A stretch of 64,000 nucleotides of DNA, taken from contig OY970318.1 of NCBI GenBank assembly GCA_963716565.1, forward strand, positions 192,830 to 256,829, written 5' to 3'. The DNA comes from an uncultured Candidatus Saccharibacteria bacterium (GTDB taxonomy: Bacteria; Patescibacteriota; Saccharimonadia; Saccharimonadales; CAIOMD01). Positions 58,444 to 64,000 of this stretch are shown here, in pieces. The notes below the pieces were generated by a model. It ran no database searches and was not told the DNA's origin. It saw nothing but the letters and a program-made list of their open reading frames with translations. How positions within the stretch are numbered: the stretch's first letter is position 1; every line of letters starts with the position of its first letter. Both the position numbers and the translations under genes were made by a program.

Positions 58444-60391
58444 TTAGTTATTCGTCGCGTCGGCTAAATCCAAAATCGTGTTTATAAACTCAACGTGGCT
58501 CCATACTAATGGCGCTACACCAACAGCATAACCAGTACTCGGGTCAATCTGTTCGCTGAATACACCACTTGGCAAAGCATGCCTTAGGCACCACATGGTA
58601 AGATCATTAGCTTTTTGGATATCCCCAGCTTGAATATAATACTGTGCCATCCACATAGTGCACACATACCACGGATTAGGCTGCTGTTGATTGGTGTTGT
58701 TCATATACCAATCGTTTTCATGCCTAACAACGCCCCCAGCCGGCAACTTATTAATTAGCTTTTCTTCTACAGCCTTAATGGTCGCCAGCAGCCGTTTGTT
58801 ATTCAGGGGTTCTTTGCCATAAATGAACGGGCCGTACAGGCTAGATATATCAAGCGTGTTGTCGTACTCTACTTTTCCGTCGGCTTGTCGGTGTATGCCT
58901 TTTATATATGTGCCAGATTCTTCGTTGAATAACTTATCGAATGAACCCTCTATTGTGTCAGCGGCGCTTCGCCACCTATCAACGTCTTCGTCTTTATCGC
59001 CTAGCGCAATTGCCATTTCGGCGGCCTTATTTAAGGCATAAATCACAATTGAGGTCGTATATGTAGTAGTTAAAAACTTTTCTTCCCACAAGTCATAACT
59101 GGCATGAGGCAGGCCAGTGGTTTCGTCTATAAATCGCGCCATAAAGTCGGCCATGGGTTTTATCATTGGGCAATACAGCTTTTCTATAAATTCTTTGTCT
59201 TTGAATTTGTTGTAATACTCGCTAAGCATAACTATAACTACTGCTGTTTCGTTCTTCTTGTATAGCCAGCTCGCGACGCTTATCGTTAACTAGCGGATGC
59301 CAGGTGCTGCCAATGGCTTTGTCGGGTTGATATTTGTGCATCATGTAACCGTTCTTGTCCATCGTGTCACGACAAAATTCAAAAAAGTTTTTAGCTTCTT
59401 CTTGGTAACCAAGCCTAATTAACGGCCATAAAGTGTAGGCGCCATCCCTAGGCCAACAATAACAATAATAATCACGTCCGTAATTAAAAATGCTACTGTC
59501 TCCACTAGCTAAGATGCTGCCACGCTTATCTATGTGAGCCTTTATTACCATTAATGATTTCTTAGTGATATCTTTGTAATCTTCGCTAACAAGTTTTAAC
59601 ACTTCGGAACTTTGATTTAGCCAGCCGTGCCACGATAGCCGAGTAGCTTCCTCGCGAGCATCTATGCCATCGCGTAAGTAAATATCATGGATTGCTTCAC
59701 AGTCGTACTGAGAAGGGGCAGCAATTACCCAATAGTCTACTTTTTTGATTTCGTTCGGGTGCAAGTTCATCTTGAACCGGATAACCGAGTCAACGCCGCC
59801 GTGCTCTATGGCGTTGCCAGACAATTCTCCGTCTTCGGCATCCATGAACGTACCTTGCTTACCCTCCACGTGATAGCTACCTACAGCGTATTGATCAAAT
59901 AATTGGTAGTCGCTTGTCATTCCATAAATCAGCAGGGCACAGGCACCTTTGTAGTCCAGAATATAGTTAGCGTCTGGTACATATAAGGCCGTATCAGCTC
60001 TGCCAGCACGAGAGATTTGGAATATCTGGTGCATGAATAACCGAATGTCACTAATCCTGCTATTCTTGTTTGTAATAGAAATACGCCTAACAAAAACATT
60101 ATATTTAACGTCTAAAAAGTCATTTATTTCTAGGCTTACGCCAAGTTTTTTGGATGACATTTTTATAATGCTCACCAGCGCATCACTATCGAAATCAACG
60201 CCAATCTCCCAAGTGTTGTCGTCTACCCAAGAAAATTGGCCATCTACCCAAACGCCAATTCGGTGATGTTGGCTTCGAGCATTAGTTAGGTTATCTAGCC
60301 CAACGTAGGGGTAATAGAAGTCATTTACCAAGCCTTTTTCATCTAGGCCAACCATTATTTCGCCGTTGCTTAGCATTACCGGGCGGCTCAT
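58444..60391 (-). CDS. GH15 glucoamylase/glucodextranase-like glycoside hydrolase, one frame break
   Basis: Track ORFs 59222-60391 (N-terminal beta-sandwich plus WPRDGAY) and 58444-59229 (the C-terminal part of the (alpha/alpha)6-barrel catalytic domain) join. Shifting frame near 59235-59260 reads ...ETAVVIVMLSEYYNKF. Confidence 0.7.
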
Positions 60392-61605
60392 AAATCAAAG
60401 CCTTTTGTAATTAAACGATATTTTAAATCGTGCCAAGCGTTCATATAACTAATAAAGGCCTCGTACGGCGTTGCATACGGGTTAAAGTAGGCGTGAATGT
60501 CACCATCGTTAAACCATTTAGTGCACATATAGTAAAAATGGTCGCTGGTTTGCATTTTTCGCCAGTCATCTATCAGTTGTTGATCATTACTTTGCATAAC
60601 TGGCTCTTGCAGGCTATAAATAGCCTTTATGGCTTGTTGTTGCATGCTATTGCCAACCCAAGCCGATAAATCACGTTCAGTATCGGCCCAAGTTAAGGTG
60701 TTGGGTACGTCAATAACATCTTTGGGCTCAAAGGTATCTATAGCCTCAGAAATGTTCATAAAACAATTGTTATCGTTATCTTGTAGCCATTGGTTCACAA
60801 AGGCTCTAAAGAAATCAAATATGCCCGATTCGGCCCATTGGTGTTCGCCAAAAGTTTCGTAATCCATAAATAAGTTACACACTTGGTCGCTATCGCCGCC
60901 AGCTTCTACCCAACTTACAAACTTATCGGCAGTTAATGGCCATTCCTTCCAATTGCGATCGCCAAACCTAAAGGCAATGTCGTCGCTAAGCCGATAGTTT
61001 TTTAACATCAACTTAATATTCTGAGTACCCACCGGCCTATAAACGAAGTTGGGGCTGCGCCAATTTAGAATCGGGTCCCAGCCTTCGGCCATAATGCCCT
61101 TATAGCCAGCCGAATCCGCCCACTTAGCTAGGTCATTGTTATAGCTAAGTTCGGTATTTCTTATAACTTTCGGTGATTGCCCAAATAGCTCACCGATTTT
61201 TTGGCGATGTAAGGCCACCTGCTTCTCGAATTCTGGCAACGAATAAAAGAAGGCTAGGGAATGGTGATAGGTTTCGGTAACAATTTCGACCCTTTTGGTA
61301 TCTATTAATTCCTTAAAACTATCCAGAACCTGCGGGGCCCATAGCTCAAACTGCTCTAAGGCCATACCCGAAATTGAAAGATTTAAATTAAAATTTGGGT
61401 ACTTGCTAATTAGGTCCATTAGCATCTTATTGGTGGGTAAATAAGTTTTTTTGGCAACCTTATTAATTATTCTTTGGTTGTTAGTTCGGCCTTCTGGATC
61501 AAAATCGTTAAAATACTCATGGTCTTTGCTAACATCAAAAATCGAATACTGCTTTACTCGAAACGGCTGGTGAACGTGAAGATACAAACAAATAGCCTTT
61601 TTCAT
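60388..61605 (-). CDS. GH57 family alpha-glucan-active enzyme (alpha-amylase/4-alpha-glucanotransferase-like)
   Basis: 405 aa with the GH57-type N-terminus (CLYLHVHQPFR). It overlaps both neighbours by 4 nt, so it is operonic. Confidence 0.7.
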   Translation of the reverse strand: MKKAICLYLHVHQPFRVKQYSIFDVSKDHEYFNDFDPEGRTNNQRIINKVAKKTYLPTNKMLMDLISKYPNFNLNLSISGMALEQFELWAPQVLDSFKELIDTKRVEIVTETYHHSLAFFYSLPEFEKQVALHRQKIGELFGQSPKVIRNTELSYNNDLAKWADSAGYKGIMAEGWDPILNWRSPNFVYRPVGTQNIKLMLKNYRLSDDIAFRFGDRNWKEWPLTADKFVSWVEAGGDSDQVCNLFMDYETFGEHQWAESGIFDFFRAFVNQWLQDNDNNCFMNISEAIDTFEPKDVIDVPNTLTWADTERDLSAWVGNSMQQQAIKAIYSLQEPVMQSNDQQLIDDWRKMQTSDHFYYMCTKWFNDGDIHAYFNPYATPYEAFISYMNAWHDLKYRLITKGFDL

Positions 61606-62810
61606 GTCTTGCCCCCGCTCAAGGCATACTTGTTATAAGATTTAATCATTTTATTAGCCGCATCGCTCCAAGACAGCTTTATATATTCTTTATAGCCCTG
61701 CAGAATAAGTTCATCCCTTAAGCCATCATTTTGCACGACCGCCGTAATCTTATTAGCCATCCCGTCGATATCCCAAAAATCTACTTTTAAAGCATTCCTA
61801 ATTACTTCAGAAACCCCTGATTGCTTACTAATTAAAACTGGCGTTCCATAACCGATTGCCTCTAGTGGTGTTAGGCCAAACGGTTCCGAAACACTTGGCA
61901 TCACAAACAAATCTCCTATAGCAAACGAATCGCGCCATTTTTTACCCCTTAAAAAATCAGTAAATATAACGTTTTTGGATATGCCCAAATCGGCCGCCAT
62001 AGTAATAAGTTCTCTAAATTGCTCACCGTTGCCAACTATCAAAAAGATAGTTTTTGGCGCTCTTTTGATTACTTCTTTAGCGGCTATTAACAGATTAGTT
62101 AAGCCTTTTTGCACAGTTAAGCGGCCAATATAAACTACTACCCGGTAGCCATTTTGTTTCATTTTTTCCAAATACTGATAGGTATTCGTTTTTTCGAGTC
62201 GCTCGTAGCTTTCGGCGTCTATGCTGTTTCTAACTACCTCAACTTTTTCAGCGGGTATCTCATATTCTTTAACGATTAAGTCTTTGGTAAACTTGCTAAT
62301 GGTGATTATACGATCGGCTAACATGAGCCCTGTGTGTTCAATTTCGTGTATTAAAGAGTTGCCATATTTACCACCGGCTCTGTCAAACTCTGTGGCATGC
62401 ACGTGTACTATCAACGGCCGGCCACTCATTTCTTTTGCCCTAATAGCCGCCCTAAAGGTTAGCCAATCGTGAGCATGGATAACATCAAAACTACTATCTT
62501 GAACAATATCGGCAACCCCATCGGCGTAGCTTTCTATTTGGTGGAATAGATCTGTGCCATTATTCGGCTGAAGCGAGCCTTCGTAATACAAGCTGTCGTA
62601 TGCACCCCACAGCGTACTGGCCTGAATACTACCCGACAAAGCCGGCGTAACAGTCATAAAGTTTATATTTTTATGTTCGTCAGAATAGGGCACCACAAAT
62701 TCTACATCAACACCTTTTTTAGACAACTCCTTACACATCTGGAAGCATGCAACGCCCAGTCCGCCGCTGTTATATGGTGGGAGTTCCCACCCTAGCATTA
62801 ATACCTTCAT
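61602..62810 (-). CDS. Glycogen/alpha-glucan synthase-like glycosyltransferase (GT4/GT5, GT-B fold)
   Basis: 402 aa. It reads MKVLMLGWELPPYNSGGLG and has an E-x7-E motif (SEPFGLTPLEA). Confidence 0.75.
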   Translation of the reverse strand: MKVLMLGWELPPYNSGGLGVACFQMCKELSKKGVDVEFVVPYSDEHKNINFMTVTPALSGSIQASTLWGAYDSLYYEGSLQPNNGTDLFHQIESYADGVADIVQDSSFDVIHAHDWLTFRAAIRAKEMSGRPLIVHVHATEFDRAGGKYGNSLIHEIEHTGLMLADRIITISKFTKDLIVKEYEIPAEKVEVVRNSIDAESYERLEKTNTYQYLEKMKQNGYRVVVYIGRLTVQKGLTNLLIAAKEVIKRAPKTIFLIVGNGEQFRELITMAADLGISKNVIFTDFLRGKKWRDSFAIGDLFVMPSVSEPFGLTPLEAIGYGTPVLISKQSGVSEVIRNALKVDFWDIDGMANKITAVVQNDGLRDELILQGYKEYIKLSWSDAANKMIKSYNKYALSGGKT

Positions 62811-62940
62811 TGGTTGCTTGTCTGTTTATTCCACCCTAAGTTACTTGTGTTTTTATTATAGGTGTCACCAATCTAAAGCACAACCTTTATGGCAACATTA
62901 TGTTGGCCAATATTTCGCTAATGAGTTAATCTGTTAATGT

Positions 62941-63747
62941 ATGTACACTCGGAAGCAAAACATGTTGCTGCGGAGGCTCCCTAAATATTTCTTACCAGTT
63001 TTTGGTTTGATATTAGTATTGGGAGCAGGAGTCTTTGCATATTTGGAAAGGGACTTGTGGCGGGGCGACCTTGTATTCACCGAATATGTTCTTAGCTACC
63101 CAACCCCAGCTATTCGCGAAACATCTACCTCTAATAGCATATCGCCAACTGGTACTTTTATAACTCAAACCTGGCCGATAGAACTAACCGCCGACCAAGC
63201 TTCGTCTATTACGGTAGTAGTTAATAAAAAACACAAGCTGCCCAGCGATTACGTACCAGCCGGCCTAACACCTATAGACGGCGGCTATTTGCGCTTAGCA
63301 GCCGCAGAGGCTATGCAATCGCTAATGAATGACGGCGCCAATAATGGCTTTAACTTCTTTTTAGCCAGTGATTATCGCTCTTACAGCACTCAAGAGGCTT
63401 TATACAACGGCTACGTAGCTAGTGATGGCCAAGCCCAGGCCGATACTTATAGCGCTCGCCCCGGTTTTAGCGAGCATCAAACCGGCCTAACCGCCGATGT
63501 TGGCGATAGAAACTCAGGTTGCATAATTATGACTTGCTTTGGTACCACCAGAGCAGGGCAATGGATTGCTGCTAATGCCGCTAATTATGGTTTTATTGTT
63601 AGATACCCAGAGGGCAAAGACGCCATAACTGGCTATCAATACGAGCCTTGGCATTTAAGATTCGTTGGCATTTCGGCAGCCCAAGGAATAGTAAAATCCG
63701 GCCTAACTATGGACGAATACTTTGGCATGACCGCCGGTGGGTATTAA
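62941..63747 (+). CDS. D-alanyl-D-alanine carboxypeptidase (peptidase M15B, VanY-like) with an N-terminal TM anchor
   Basis: It has the SEHQTG and EPWHLRF metal-ligand motifs and a hydrophobic N-terminus. Confidence 0.8.
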   Translation: MYTRKQNMLLRRLPKYFLPVFGLILVLGAGVFAYLERDLWRGDLVFTEYVLSYPTPAIRETSTSNSISPTGTFITQTWPIELTADQASSITVVVNKKHKLPSDYVPAGLTPIDGGYLRLAAAEAMQSLMNDGANNGFNFFLASDYRSYSTQEALYNGYVASDGQAQADTYSARPGFSEHQTGLTADVGDRNSGCIIMTCFGTTRAGQWIAANAANYGFIVRYPEGKDAITGYQYEPWHLRFVGISAAQGIVKSGLTMDEYFGMTAGGY

Positions 63748-63881
63748 CACTTACTTTTCGGCCTTTTGGCCTCGTCAGAATGAACACACATTCATCTAAG
63801 TAAGTGACAAAACTAGAGAGATTGTAGCGCGACTGGGCTACGTTGCCGGGCATTCTTGCGCCCGGCAACGCCTTGCGGTAG

Positions 63882-64000
63882 TTATTGCTGCTGTGTCGCG
63901 AAGCTGCTGTTGAGTTCGTAGGTGAACTCTGCGATCGCAGGAACATCCTTGCCGAACGCTTTCTTGTCGCCTTCGGCGACCATGCCGATATTCAGCACGG
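63882..64000 (-). CDS. 3' end of a high-GC hypothetical gene that continues beyond the window end
   Basis: My minus-strand translation reads ...VLNIGMVAEGDKKAFGKDVPAIAEFTYELNSSFATQQQ with a stop at 63882-63884. An 11-bp-stem hairpin at 63841-63870 follows. Confidence 0.45.
   Translation of the reverse strand, partial: VLNIGMVAEGDKKAFGKDVPAIAEFTYELNSSFATQQQ

Overview
This 64-kb window comes from a compact bacterial genome of roughly mid-40s %GC (hand counts on sample lines). The gene content is mostly housekeeping. It holds a partial class A PBP, a GT-C glycosyltransferase, recG, rsmD, tyrS, hisS, tig, clpP and rpoB-rpoC. It also holds the str/S10/spc/alpha ribosomal superoperon (rpsL to rpsI), secY, infA, pyrG, trpS, a pseudouridine synthase, holB, four tRNAs, rpmG, a GT4/GH57/GH15 alpha-glucan cluster and a VanY-like peptidase. 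rplO follows rpsE after 2 nt with no rpmD, which together with the overall compaction suggests a Patescibacteria/CPR, possibly Saccharibacteria-like, organism (inference). Non-core content stands out in seven ways. (1) A 9.3-kb accessory island (12711-22079) splits the usually adjacent tig and clpP. Its 13.1-18.7 kb part has higher GC and encodes a radical SAM enzyme with a SPASM/twitch-type C-terminus among several small Cys-rich (CxxC) proteins. The island also holds a gene flanked by a perfect 15-bp inverted repeat, two near-identical double-hairpin terminators, an ASCH protein and a 460-aa protein made of six tandem excisionase-like HTH repeats. No integrase, transposase or other known mobility gene is visible. 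(2) At least four more single-gene high-GC cassettes sit in intergenic gaps (6.8-7.3 kb, 9.0-9.3 kb, 22.7-23.2 kb and 63.8 kb onward). The three complete ones each show their own extended -10 promoter, an SD-containing leader and a GC-rich hairpin. (3) tRNA-Leu and tRNA-Tyr are each followed by an echo of their own T-arm and acceptor 3' end (with CCA). In both echoes the T-loop is replaced by the same ~45-nt GC hairpin module. (4) Three copies of a 36-bp element built of five TCTAACA-like heptads lie between 6.2 and 9.4 kb. (5) A 173-nt rod-like hairpin with a central bubble (6S-like or MITE-like) lies at 5976-6152. (6) Reading-frame breaks are very unevenly distributed: about 16 fall in rpoB, rpoC, rpsG, fusA and tuf (23.4-35.2 kb) against about 4-5 elsewhere. 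The two I inspected at base level, plus a likely third, are homopolymer-length changes, so sequencing or assembly error is the leading explanation. (7) rpsJ is separated from rplC by 3.6 kb carrying a terminator, two envelope protein genes, pyrG and a new promoter plus structured leader. No CRISPR array, rRNA or recognisable IS element was seen. All functional calls come from reading the translated ORFs. No database search was run.
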